Assembly (NCBI GenBank): GCA_033764015.1
Contig: JANRJK010000023.1
Location: forward strand, 96,001-160,000
Source: Candidatus Sumerlaeia bacterium
Lineage (GTDB): Bacteria; Sumerlaeota; Sumerlaeia; SLMS01; JANRJK01
Direction: 5' to 3'
DNA: 64,000 bases
Each line of letters opens with the position of its first letter. Positions within the stretch are counted from its first letter, which is position 1. A program made the position numbers and the translations under genes. The notes below the pieces were generated by a model that worked only from the letters and a program-made list of their open reading frames with translations, ran no database searches and was not told the origin of the DNA. Of the stretch, positions 11,941 to 20,542 are shown piece after piece.

Positions 11941-13380
11941 ATGGGAATCTGGAAAAACGCCCCTCGGTCGGACCGGCGCCTCTTCGCGCTCTCGGTCGTC
12001 ATCCTCGCGCTCTCCATCGGCGTCCTCGGGGTCTCGAAGAACCGCGCCACCGCGAACTCCGCCGACGAGGAGTTCTACCGCTTCATGGACGTCGCGGCCG
12101 AGATCTACGTCAACATCCGCAACAAGTACGTCGAGGAGGTCGAGCCGAAGCAGGTGCTCGAGGCAGCCCTCCGCGGCATGACCTCCGTCCTCGACGAGCA
12201 CACCGTCTACATGCCGCCCGTCGCCCTCGAAGACCTCGAAAAGGACACCGGCAAGGAATACGGCGGCATCGGCATCCACATCACCCTCCGCCAGAACATC
12301 CTCACCGTCATGATGCCGATGCCCGGCAGCCCCGCCGCCCGCGCCGGCATCCAGCCCTGGGACCGCATCATCGAAATCGAAGGCGAAAGCACCGAGGGCT
12401 TCACCACCCGCGACGCGGTCGACCGCCTCACCGGACCGCCCAACACGAAGGTGAAGTTCAAGGTCTGGCGCCCGGGGCTCGACGAGCCGCAGGAAGTCGA
12501 GCTGACCCGCGAGGCGATCCGCATCGACTCGGTCCACCACAAGATGCTCGAGAACCAGGTCGGCTACATCCGCCTCTCGAAGTTCGCCGAGAACTCGACC
12601 GCCGACGTGCGCAAGGCCCTGACCGACCTCCGCGGCCAGGGGATGCAGGCGCTGATCCTCGACCTGCGCTTCAACACCGGCGGCCTCCTGCGCGAAGCGA
12701 TCGAGATCTCCGAGCTCTTCGTCCCCAAGAACGAACTCATCGTCTCCACCAAGGGCCGGAACCGGAACCAGAACCGCGAGTACACCTCCTCGAAGGAGCC
12801 GGTCGTCAACACGCCGGTCTTCGTGCTGGTGAACGGCGGCAGCGCCTCCGCGTCGGAGATCCTCGCCGGCGCGCTCCAGGACCACCACGTCGCGACGATC
12901 ATCGGCCCCGCCGGCCGCAACACCTTCGGCAAGGGCTCCGTCCAGACCATCGAGAACCTCAGCACCTCCCTCGAGGAGGACAAGGAGGGCAACGCGCGGA
13001 CCAGCGCGCTCAAGCTCACCACCGCCCGCTACTACACCCCCTCCGGACGCACGATCCACGAAATCGGCATCACGCCCGACATCGGCATCCCGATCCCGGA
13101 GGACCACGAAAGCCACCTCCTCGAGCACGGCCTCCTCGGCGATCCGCCCAGCCCGGCCCGCCTCGAAGCGGAGGGCGCCGCGCCCGTCGTCCCGGAAGGC
13201 CAGCCCTTCTACGAATCCGCCCAGACGCCCCGCTTCCGCGAGGACAACTTCACCGACATCATGCTAGACGAAGCGCTCGAGATGATGAACCAGTACCTCG
13301 AACTGCTCCCGCAGCTCGACCCGAAGGAGCGCGCGCCGATCTTCGCCACCACCGGCGAACGCGCCGACGCCGCCAAGTAA
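11941..13380 (+). CDS. ctpA: C-terminal processing protease (S41, PDZ)
   Basis: N-terminal TM, PDZ (GIGI..GSPA..AGI), LILDLRFNTGG, SASASE, FGKGSVQ, LKLTTARYYTPSG. Confidence 0.93.
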   Translation: MGIWKNAPRSDRRLFALSVVILALSIGVLGVSKNRATANSADEEFYRFMDVAAEIYVNIRNKYVEEVEPKQVLEAALRGMTSVLDEHTVYMPPVALEDLEKDTGKEYGGIGIHITLRQNILTVMMPMPGSPAARAGIQPWDRIIEIEGESTEGFTTRDAVDRLTGPPNTKVKFKVWRPGLDEPQEVELTREAIRIDSVHHKMLENQVGYIRLSKFAENSTADVRKALTDLRGQGMQALILDLRFNTGGLLREAIEISELFVPKNELIVSTKGRNRNQNREYTSSKEPVVNTPVFVLVNGGSASASEILAGALQDHHVATIIGPAGRNTFGKGSVQTIENLSTSLEEDKEGNARTSALKLTTARYYTPSGRTIHEIGITPDIGIPIPEDHESHLLEHGLLGDPPSPARLEAEGAAPVVPEGQPFYESAQTPRFREDNFTDIMLDEALEMMNQYLELLPQLDPKERAPIFATTGERADAAK

Positions 13381-13413
13381 CCGCGCGCCCAGGCGCGACC
13401 CGCAGGCAGGCAC

Positions 13414-13441
13414 GCGGCGCCCCCGGCAACGGGGGCGCCGC
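13414..13441 (+). terminator. GC-rich hairpin downstream of ctpA
   Basis: Perfect 12-bp stem GCGGCGCCCCCG-GCAA-CGGGGGCGCCGC with no strong U-tract. Confidence 0.5.
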
Positions 13442-13531
13442 TCCGTTGGGGCCGCCCCTGAATCCCTTTGCGTTCCCCGCCCCGCCGGCCTAGCTGTTCA
13501 GGATATTGAACGCCACGCCCGGAGACGCCCC

Positions 13532-14674
13532 GTGAGCCAGCTCCTCCACTACGCCGAGACACTCATGCGCACCCCCACCGCCGCCTACCGCGAGCACTGG
13601 GTCGCCGCCCACATCGACCGCTTCCTCGCGGAGATGCCCGGACGCAAGGAGCTGCGCACCGACCGCTTCGGCAACCGCTGGATCCGCATCCGCCGCGGCG
13701 AACCCCGCTTCGCCCCCGTCGCCCTCGTCGCCCACATGGACCACCCCTCCTTCCTCGTCCACGGCGTCGAGGACGGCGGACGCCGCGTGGTCGGCATCTT
13801 CGAGGGCGGCGTCAACGACCCCTACTTCCTCGGCACCCGGGCGCGCCTCTACCGCTCCGCCCAGGACGAAGGCGTCGGCGCCACCGTCGTCCAGGCCGGC
13901 CTCAAGACCGGCGGCGCCGAAGGCACCCGCCCCGTCATCCTCGAAGCCGACAGCGACGCCACCGGCGCCGTCCTCGGCATGTGGGACCTCCCCGCCTTCG
14001 AACTCCGCGACGGCATGGTCCGCAGCCGCGCCATCGACGACCTCGGAGGCTGCGCCATGATCCTGGAAGCGCTCCGCCGCGCCGCCCTCCACAACGGCGA
14101 CGTCGACCTCATCGGCCTCTTCACCCGCGCCGAGGAGGTCGGCTTCCGCGGCGCCCTCGCCCTCGCCCGCTCCCCCGAGCGCCACCAGTACCTCCCCGCC
14201 GACGCCTGGGTGGTCTCCGTCGAAACCTCCTCCGCCCGCCCCACCACCCCCATCGGCGGCGGCGCCGTCCTCCGCGTCGGCGACCGCTCCTCGATCTTCG
14301 CCCCCGAAGTCTCCGCCGCCCTCCGCGACGTCTCCGACGAACTCGCCGCCACCACCGGCCACCGCGGCCTCCGCCGCGCCCTCATGGACGGCGGCACCTG
14401 CGAGGCCACCGCCTTCGTCGCCTACGGCTGGCGCGCCGGCGGCGTCTGCGTCCCCCTCGGCAACTACCACAACATGAACGTCGAAACCGCCCGCATCGAC
14501 TCCGAATACGTCGCCGCGCAGGACATGGAGGACCTCGCCGCCGTCATGGCCCGCCTCGGCTGCGGCGGAGCCCTCGCCGCCGACGGCAAAGGCGCCGCCG
14601 CCAAACTCCTCGAACGCCTCGAAGGCCTCGCGGACGAGGCCGAGCCCAAGCTGCTGGCGACCGCGGGGGGTTGA
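13532..14674 (+). CDS. Zn-dependent M20/M28/M42-clan metallopeptidase
   Basis: Metal-ligand motifs AHMDH, IDDLGG, RAEEVG and NYHN. Confidence 0.8.
   Translation: MSQLLHYAETLMRTPTAAYREHWVAAHIDRFLAEMPGRKELRTDRFGNRWIRIRRGEPRFAPVALVAHMDHPSFLVHGVEDGGRRVVGIFEGGVNDPYFLGTRARLYRSAQDEGVGATVVQAGLKTGGAEGTRPVILEADSDATGAVLGMWDLPAFELRDGMVRSRAIDDLGGCAMILEALRRAALHNGDVDLIGLFTRAEEVGFRGALALARSPERHQYLPADAWVVSVETSSARPTTPIGGGAVLRVGDRSSIFAPEVSAALRDVSDELAATTGHRGLRRALMDGGTCEATAFVAYGWRAGGVCVPLGNYHNMNVETARIDSEYVAAQDMEDLAAVMARLGCGGALAADGKGAAAKLLERLEGLADEAEPKLLATAGG
14622..14674 (+). repeat. Direct repeat copy 1: 3' end of the peptidase gene
   Basis: 53 bp, 50/53 identical to 15203-15255. Confidence 0.95.
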
Positions 14675-14728
14675 CAGGAGATTCTCCGCAGCCCAGTGTC
14701 CGCCCAGACCAACCGCGAGGCGCGACCG

Positions 14729-14947
14729 ATGCGGACCTATCAAGCAAGCGTGTGGAAGGAAGGCGCCCTTTTCGTCGCCCAGTGCCTCGATGTCGACGTC
14801 GCCAGCCAAGGCTCGACCGCCGACGACGCGCTCGCGAACCTGCGCGAAGCCGTCGAGCTGTTCCTCGAAACCGCGTCCCCGCAGGAAGTCCAGGAGCGGC
14901 TACGAGAGGGAGTGACGGTGGCGCCCTTCGAGGTAGCCATTGGGTAG
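14729..14947 (+). CDS. hicB: HicB-family antitoxin (short form)
   Basis: FVAQCLDVDVASQGSTADDALANLREAVELF, a HicB RNase H-like fold pattern. Confidence 0.85.
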   Translation: MRTYQASVWKEGALFVAQCLDVDVASQGSTADDALANLREAVELFLETASPQEVQERLREGVTVAPFEVAIG

Positions 14948-15161
14948 GCTGCGCGTCCTCCCCGGCCGCGAGGTCTGCGCGATCCTCGAAGCCCACGGAT
15001 TTTCCCAAGCCCGCCAGCGCGGCAGCCACATCGTTATGCAGGCCGAAGTAGCAGGCACCACCCGGACCGTCCCCGTCCCCGACCACCGGGAACTGGCGCC
15101 GGGGACCCTGCTGGCAATCATCCGACAGAGCGGCGTCCCCCGTTCCGCGTTCGAAGTGTGA
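14940..15161 (+). CDS. hicA: HicA-family toxin
   Basis: LEAHGF...RQRGSH...VPVPDH.EL..GTL.AIIRQ. Overlaps the hicB stop. Confidence 0.9.
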   Translation: MGRLRVLPGREVCAILEAHGFSQARQRGSHIVMQAEVAGTTRTVPVPDHRELAPGTLLAIIRQSGVPRSAFEV

Positions 15162-15202
15162 GGATGGGAGGCACACGCCTCGATGCATCATCACCGCACG
15201 TA

Positions 15203-15255
15203 AAGGCCTCGCGGACGAAGCCGAGCCCAAGCTGCTGGCGACCGCGGGGGTTTAA
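15203..15255 (+). repeat. Direct repeat copy 2: orphan peptidase 3' end
   Basis: Reads GLADEAEPKLLATAGV* and has its own in-frame TAA. Confidence 0.95.
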
Positions 15256-15284
15256 GGGCGCGCCCGCGCGATCCGGAACAGGAT

Positions 15285-15382
15285 CCCGCGCGAGGACGCG
15301 AAACCGCGAAGAAGGTACTTAAAGAGGACGCGTCCTTCCGCTCGGAGCGCGGCCGCCTCGCGTCTTCGCGCCCTCGCGTGGG
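15285..15382. repeat. REP-like imperfect inverted repeat built from 9-bp CGCGA(A/G)(G/A) units
   Basis: Arms 15285-15311 and 15356-15382, 22/27 complementary. Confidence 0.7.
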
Positions 15383-15486
15383 AAAGTGATTGTCGGAGCG
15401 CGTGGGGGCGGAGAAGATAGAACGCGTGTGCTGGGGAACCGAGGAATGCTGAGTGCTAAACGAGATGCTGCCCACACGGAGATGCT

Positions 15487-16296
15487 GTGATGGCGGGAAT
15501 CAAGAGAGGCGCTGCTGCTGGCGCCAACAAGGGAAGTGGCAAGAACGGCCACGAGATCGCCTGTTTGGCATCTCGACGCCTCTGCGAATTGTTCGGAGAG
15601 CGGCTTCGGATGTTAGCGCTTGAAGTACAGAGAACGCCGACTTCAACTTGGTGCGGACACTCTCTAGTGGATGCAACCAAACCCATTGCTTGGGTGAACC
15701 ATACAAAGAGAAAGGGATCTATCACCGTTTGGATCAGGCGGTCTGCCTCCGATCCCATGCGTTTAGGGGGATCAACTCTGCCGTTCAAGACAAGAAGTAC
15801 GGAGTACAAGGGGCCATTTCAGTGGTATGGCCACCATGTCCAGATTGCCAGTATTTGGCAACTCGACGAGTTGTTCGAAGTCATGATCGGTAATGATGTG
15901 TGTGGAGCATTTTTGGATCGAGTTGAATCGGACCCCGCTACGCTGATGTACCCTGAAGAGCTGCCTGATACAGAAGAGTACCGCGAGGGGATAGGAAAGC
16001 GCGTACTGGTCAATCGGTACGAGCGAAGTTCGTCCGCACGTCAGGCCTGCTTGAAGCACTTTGGCCCCTTGTGTGTCGTCTGTGGAATGAGTTTCGGGGA
16101 GGTGTATGGGCCTGAGTTTTCCGGGATAATGCATGTACACCACCTTAACCCAAGATGTGGCGCCAGCGGTGATGTGATGGTGAGCCCCATTGATGACCTT
16201 CGGCCTGTATGTCCGAATTGCCACACTGTGATTCACAGCCGCCAGCCTTGCTACTCTATCGAGGAAGTGCGCTCAATTCTGAACAAGAACAAGTAG
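15487..16296 (+). CDS. HNH endonuclease (McrA-like C-terminal domain)
   Basis: EG...VNRYER...AR..CL...CVVCG..F...YG...HVHH...DL.PVCPNCH..IH. GC near 50% by spot count. Start uncertain. Confidence 0.85.
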   Translation: MMAGIKRGAAAGANKGSGKNGHEIACLASRRLCELFGERLRMLALEVQRTPTSTWCGHSLVDATKPIAWVNHTKRKGSITVWIRRSASDPMRLGGSTLPFKTRSTEYKGPFQWYGHHVQIASIWQLDELFEVMIGNDVCGAFLDRVESDPATLMYPEELPDTEEYREGIGKRVLVNRYERSSSARQACLKHFGPLCVVCGMSFGEVYGPEFSGIMHVHHLNPRCGASGDVMVSPIDDLRPVCPNCHTVIHSRQPCYSIEEVRSILNKNK

Positions 16297-16477
16297 TAGT
16301 CATTCGTCCATTCCCTTCGAGATGGTCTCCAAGACTTCTGACTGGGAATGCACGACGATTCTGCACCAAAGGCAGATTATGGCCCACCAACATCATTGAA
16401 GGGCGCGGTTAGGTGGCGAGTTACACGAGAGCACCGAAAGCACAATTTGTGAAATCCAAAACCCCTAGAATCGCCCC

Positions 16478-18472
16478 CTACTCCCCCTCCCCATCCAGTG
16501 GCAGCTTCATCTCCCCCGGGTTTGTCGGCCACGGTTGCAGCCGCACCGTGATCGACGAGCCGGTGACGGGGACTTTGCCTTGGAAGAAGCCGGATTGGTG
16601 GTCGGCGTGGACGTCGAGCAGGTCGCATTCCACCGGGCCGAGTTCCACCGTTCCGCGCGAGCCGGAGAACTGGTCGTCCGTGAGGGCGCCGATGATGTCG
16701 GGCGCGATGCGGACGCGGGCGTTCGCCGCGGGGGCGCCGCTGGGCGATAGGATCAGCACCTCGAGCCGGTCGATGCGCGGCGGCGCTGGTTCGAAGCGCG
16801 CCTCCTTGCGGAAGTCCTCCGGCCCGAAGTCCACCGCTTCCGAGCGCCGCAGCGCCAGCGCCCCGTCCGTGAACACCAGCCGGTACGTGCCGGGCTTCGA
16901 CACCTCCGCCATCAGGAACGTGTCGCCCACCTGCGCGTCGCCGGGATCGAGCGCCTGCCAGGCGCCGGACTCGTCGAGCTCCTCGAGGCCGACCACGGGG
17001 ACCAGGCCCGCCTGCAGGTCCGGCGGCTTCGCCTCGTAGTTCACGATCAGCCAGCGGAACGCGGGGATCTGGAAATCGAGGCGCGCGGGGCGCTCGGCGC
17101 TTTCGATCGCCGGCGCGCGTCCGCGGCGCGTGGCGCTGTAGCGGGGCGGGTTGCCCTCCGCGTCGAACGCCATCGCGAGCGCGTCCTGCTCGCGGTTCAG
17201 CGGCAGGCCCGCCAGCTCGTAGCGCCCCTGCGCGTCCGTGACCGTTTCGCTGCGCCGCTCCCCGCCCGTCGCCACCATCACGCGGACATCCGCGAGCGGC
17301 TCGCCGGTGCCCTCCAGCGTCACCGTCCCCTGCAGCCGCCCGGTCCCCACCAGCGGCGAAAACAGCCCCCGGGCGTCCACGTCGATCGTCGTCGTCTCGC
17401 CCATGCGGAAGGAGACCGTGTGCTCCACCGTCTTGTCGGGCGCGTCGCCGGTGGCGACGATGCGCACGTAGGGCGCCGGCGGCATCGGCGCCAGGCGGAA
17501 CGCGCCGGTGCGGTCCATGGTGAACGGGCGCGCGCCGCGGGAGAACTCCGCCACCGCCGGGTTCACCGCCTCCTGCATCCGCAGCGTGTCCATCACGGCG
17601 TAGGGGTCCTCCGCGTCCACGCGCAGCTCGACGATGCGCAGCGAGACCTCCGCGCGGTCGCGGTCCGGCGGGATCGTCAGGTTCACCGCCAGGCGCGCCG
17701 GCTCCTGCAGTTCGATGTCGCCCAGGTCCAGCGTCGCGTGCGCCTCCACCGGCTCCGACAGCACCGGATCGACGAAGGCGTAGCGGTCGTCGTTGTCGTA
17801 CAGCACCGCGCCGGTGAGCTCGTCCAGCGCCAGCCAGTCGGTCTCGACCGTGCCGTCCCCGCGCGAAGGGTACGTCTGCCAGTTCGCGGGGAAGTCGCCG
17901 AGCTCGAGCCCCCAGGCGGCGCGCACTCCGCTGTAGTTGGCGAAGCGCAGCGAGACGCCGTCGGCGGCCTTCCCCCCGGGCAGCACGGCGCGCGCGCGGA
18001 GCTTCGCCGGCACCGGCAGATCGAACTCCGAGCCGCCGGCGGGATGCTGCGCGATCTCCGCCAGCGTCAGGCTCGAGACCGGATCGAACATCGTGACCGA
18101 GGAGGCGGACGCGGAGGCGGGGAAGCCGCCGTCCTTCGCCACCGTGAAGCGCTCGGAGCGCCCGGAGGCGAGGTCGCGGACGATCGCCTCGAGGCCGCTC
18201 GCGGGCGCCCCGGACACGCGGTAGCGCGCCACGAACTGCACATCCGTCTTCGGGCGGTCGGGGCCGGGGACCGGGCGGATGCCCTCGTTCGGGTCCGGTT
18301 TGCGTTCCTGCGGCGCCGCCACCTCCGGGCGGGGCGCCGGGCGCGGCGCCGGTGTGGGCGAGGGGCCGTCGGCGCGGCGCGTGGCGACCACCGCCGCCAG
18401 CCCCAGCATCGCCACCGCGGCGAGCCCGAAGGCCGCCATCTTCATCTTCCGCCGAGTCTCCAGGTCCGCCAC
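16478..18472 (-). CDS. Membrane-anchored protein with carboxypeptidase-regulatory-like beta-sandwich repeats
   Basis: N-terminal TM and G.V....GEPLADVRV....TVTDAQGRYEL pattern. Confidence 0.65.
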   Translation of the reverse strand: MADLETRRKMKMAAFGLAAVAMLGLAAVVATRRADGPSPTPAPRPAPRPEVAAPQERKPDPNEGIRPVPGPDRPKTDVQFVARYRVSGAPASGLEAIVRDLASGRSERFTVAKDGGFPASASASSVTMFDPVSSLTLAEIAQHPAGGSEFDLPVPAKLRARAVLPGGKAADGVSLRFANYSGVRAAWGLELGDFPANWQTYPSRGDGTVETDWLALDELTGAVLYDNDDRYAFVDPVLSEPVEAHATLDLGDIELQEPARLAVNLTIPPDRDRAEVSLRIVELRVDAEDPYAVMDTLRMQEAVNPAVAEFSRGARPFTMDRTGAFRLAPMPPAPYVRIVATGDAPDKTVEHTVSFRMGETTTIDVDARGLFSPLVGTGRLQGTVTLEGTGEPLADVRVMVATGGERRSETVTDAQGRYELAGLPLNREQDALAMAFDAEGNPPRYSATRRGRAPAIESAERPARLDFQIPAFRWLIVNYEAKPPDLQAGLVPVVGLEELDESGAWQALDPGDAQVGDTFLMAEVSKPGTYRLVFTDGALALRRSEAVDFGPEDFRKEARFEPAPPRIDRLEVLILSPSGAPAANARVRIAPDIIGALTDDQFSGSRGTVELGPVECDLLDVHADHQSGFFQGKVPVTGSSITVRLQPWPTNPGEMKLPLDGEGE

Positions 18473-18484
18473 CGGTCCAGCCTC

Positions 18485-19570
18485 CTAGACGATCGTCGAC
18501 AGGTCCACGTGCGTGTTGGTTTCCGCGGCCCGGTACACCGCTTCGAGGAAGCGCTGCACGTCGTAGCCCTCCGACACCGGCACCGCGCAGCGCTCCCGCT
18601 TGCCGTTCAGCACCGCGGCGAAGTCCGCCACCTGCTCGTAGTAGGCGTGCCCGTAGTAGTGCGGTGTCAGCGTGAACGGCGAGCGCACCAGCTCGCCCTC
18701 GGTCACGACGCGGCGCTGCTCGCCGGTCTCGAGGACGATATGCCGGTCCGTCAGCTCGATGCGCCCCGCGTCCCCTTCGATGGTCATCTCGTGCACCTGC
18801 GCCGGGAACCCCCGCAGCGACCAGTGGCACTCGATCTCGCCGGTCAGGCCGTCCGCGTGGGCCGCCTGGATGCGCACGTCGTCCTCCACCTCGCGCGAGT
18901 GGTGCGAGCGCATCAGCGCGCTGACCGACTCGGGCAGGCCGAAGAGCCGCTGCACGAGGAAGAGCAGGTGGCTGCCGCTGTTGATGAGGACGCCGCCGCC
19001 GGAAAGCGCCTTGGTGTAGATCCACCCCTTGCGCGGCGCGAAGACCTGGCTCAGGCGCATGCGCGCGTCGTAGCGGTGCGGCCGCCCGATGGCGCCCTCC
19101 GCCACCAGGCGCCGCGCCTCGTTGAAGACCGGGTGCTGCGCCAGCATGAACGCCACGCCGGTGGCGAGGTGGGGGAACGCCTCCGCCTCGTCCCGGATCC
19201 GGCGCGCGGCCTCCAGCGTGTGCGCCAGCGGCTTCTCCACCAGCACCCCCGCGCCGAAGCGCAGCGCCTCGACCGCGAGGTCCGCGTGCGCGGCCTGCGG
19301 CGCGCTGATGATGACGCCCGCGGGCTTCTCCGCCGCCAGCATCGCGCTGAATGACTCGTAGAAGGGGGCCGCCACGCCCATGCTCTTCACGTGGACCCCG
19401 AGCTGGCGCTTGCGGTCGCAGATCGCGGCCAGCGCGCACCTCGGCGCCATCGACGCCATGGCGGAGTGCATGATGCCCATCTTGCCGAGCCCCACCACCG
19501 CCACGCGGGCCGCGCGCGGGATCGGCGAATAGTACTCGCCCGATTCGCTGTCGGGGGGCGGGGTCGTCAC
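18485..19570 (-). CDS. Gfo/Idh/MocA family oxidoreductase
   Basis: VAVVGLGKMG, VLVEKPLA, GGGVLINSGSH. GTGA overlap start; alternative ATG at 19591. Confidence 0.9.
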   Translation of the reverse strand: MTTPPPDSESGEYYSPIPRAARVAVVGLGKMGIMHSAMASMAPRCALAAICDRKRQLGVHVKSMGVAAPFYESFSAMLAAEKPAGVIISAPQAAHADLAVEALRFGAGVLVEKPLAHTLEAARRIRDEAEAFPHLATGVAFMLAQHPVFNEARRLVAEGAIGRPHRYDARMRLSQVFAPRKGWIYTKALSGGGVLINSGSHLLFLVQRLFGLPESVSALMRSHHSREVEDDVRIQAAHADGLTGEIECHWSLRGFPAQVHEMTIEGDAGRIELTDRHIVLETGEQRRVVTEGELVRSPFTLTPHYYGHAYYEQVADFAAVLNGKRERCAVPVSEGYDVQRFLEAVYRAAETNTHVDLSTIV

Positions 19571-20490
19571 CCCAGGAGTTGCGGCAGACATTCCTCGAGC
19601 CCTTCGTCGTAGGAGCGCGGGCGGAACCCGAGGTCCCGCTCCGCGTCGGCGATCTCCACCGGCTGCGCCTTCACGACGCCTTCGATGTTGTCGCGCGTGA
19701 TCGGCGGGTTCGCAAGGAGCGCCTCGCCGGTGGCGGCGATGATCCGGCACAGCCAGATCGGCAGCGGCAGCACCGGCGCCGGCCGCCCCTTCGCAGCCGC
19801 CGCGGTCCGCGCGAAGAACTCCCGCGCCGTCATCGCCTCCGCGCAGCCCAGCATGTACGCCTTCCCCGCGGCCATCGGCGAATCCAGCGCCATCAGCACC
19901 GCCATCGCCAGGTCGTCCACGTGCACCGGCCGCATGTCCTCGCGCCCCGGGCCCACCACCGGCACCACCGGCAGCTTCCGCAGCAGGTTCACCAGCTTGA
20001 AGAAGATCCCCCGCCTCGCGGGACCGTAGATGATCGACGGGCGCAGGATCGTCCACGCCAGGTCCGAGCGCCGCACCTCCTCGTCCGCCAGGAACTTGGT
20101 GCCGCCGTAGACCGAATGGTTCGCGCGGTGCGCCGACATGCTGCTGATCTGCACCCAGCGGCGCACCCCGGCCTCCATCGCCGCGTCGACGAAGTGCCGC
20201 GTGCCCTCCACGTTGATGCGCGACGACAGCGCCATGTCCGGCTTGCCGGTCGAGACCACCGCGGCGGCGTGCACCACGGCCTCGGGCTTCGCCTCCGCGA
20301 GCGCCTTCGCCACCGAGCGGCGGTCGTGGAACTCGCCCCGCACCACCGGCACGCCGGGCGTCAGCAGCGAGGAGTCGGCGCCCTCGCGCGCCAGCGCCAC
20401 CGGCGTCCAGTTGCGCGCCGCCAGCAGGGCGCGGCAGACCGCCGAGCCCACAAAGCCGTTCGCGCCGCTCACAAGGACCACCTTCTTCAT
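19567..20490 (-). CDS. NAD-dependent epimerase/dehydratase (extended SDR)
   Basis: VSGANGFVG, ISSMS, YGGTK, LRPSIIYGP. Confidence 0.9.
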   Translation of the reverse strand: MKKVVLVSGANGFVGSAVCRALLAARNWTPVALAREGADSSLLTPGVPVVRGEFHDRRSVAKALAEAKPEAVVHAAAVVSTGKPDMALSSRINVEGTRHFVDAAMEAGVRRWVQISSMSAHRANHSVYGGTKFLADEEVRRSDLAWTILRPSIIYGPARRGIFFKLVNLLRKLPVVPVVGPGREDMRPVHVDDLAMAVLMALDSPMAAGKAYMLGCAEAMTAREFFARTAAAAKGRPAPVLPLPIWLCRIIAATGEALLANPPITRDNIEGVVKAQPVEIADAERDLGFRPRSYDEGLEECLPQLLG

Positions 20491-20542
20491 GGCGTCGACG
20501 TTTCGGCGCGCCCGGCACCGTGGCAAGCGCCTTGCGCGGCGG

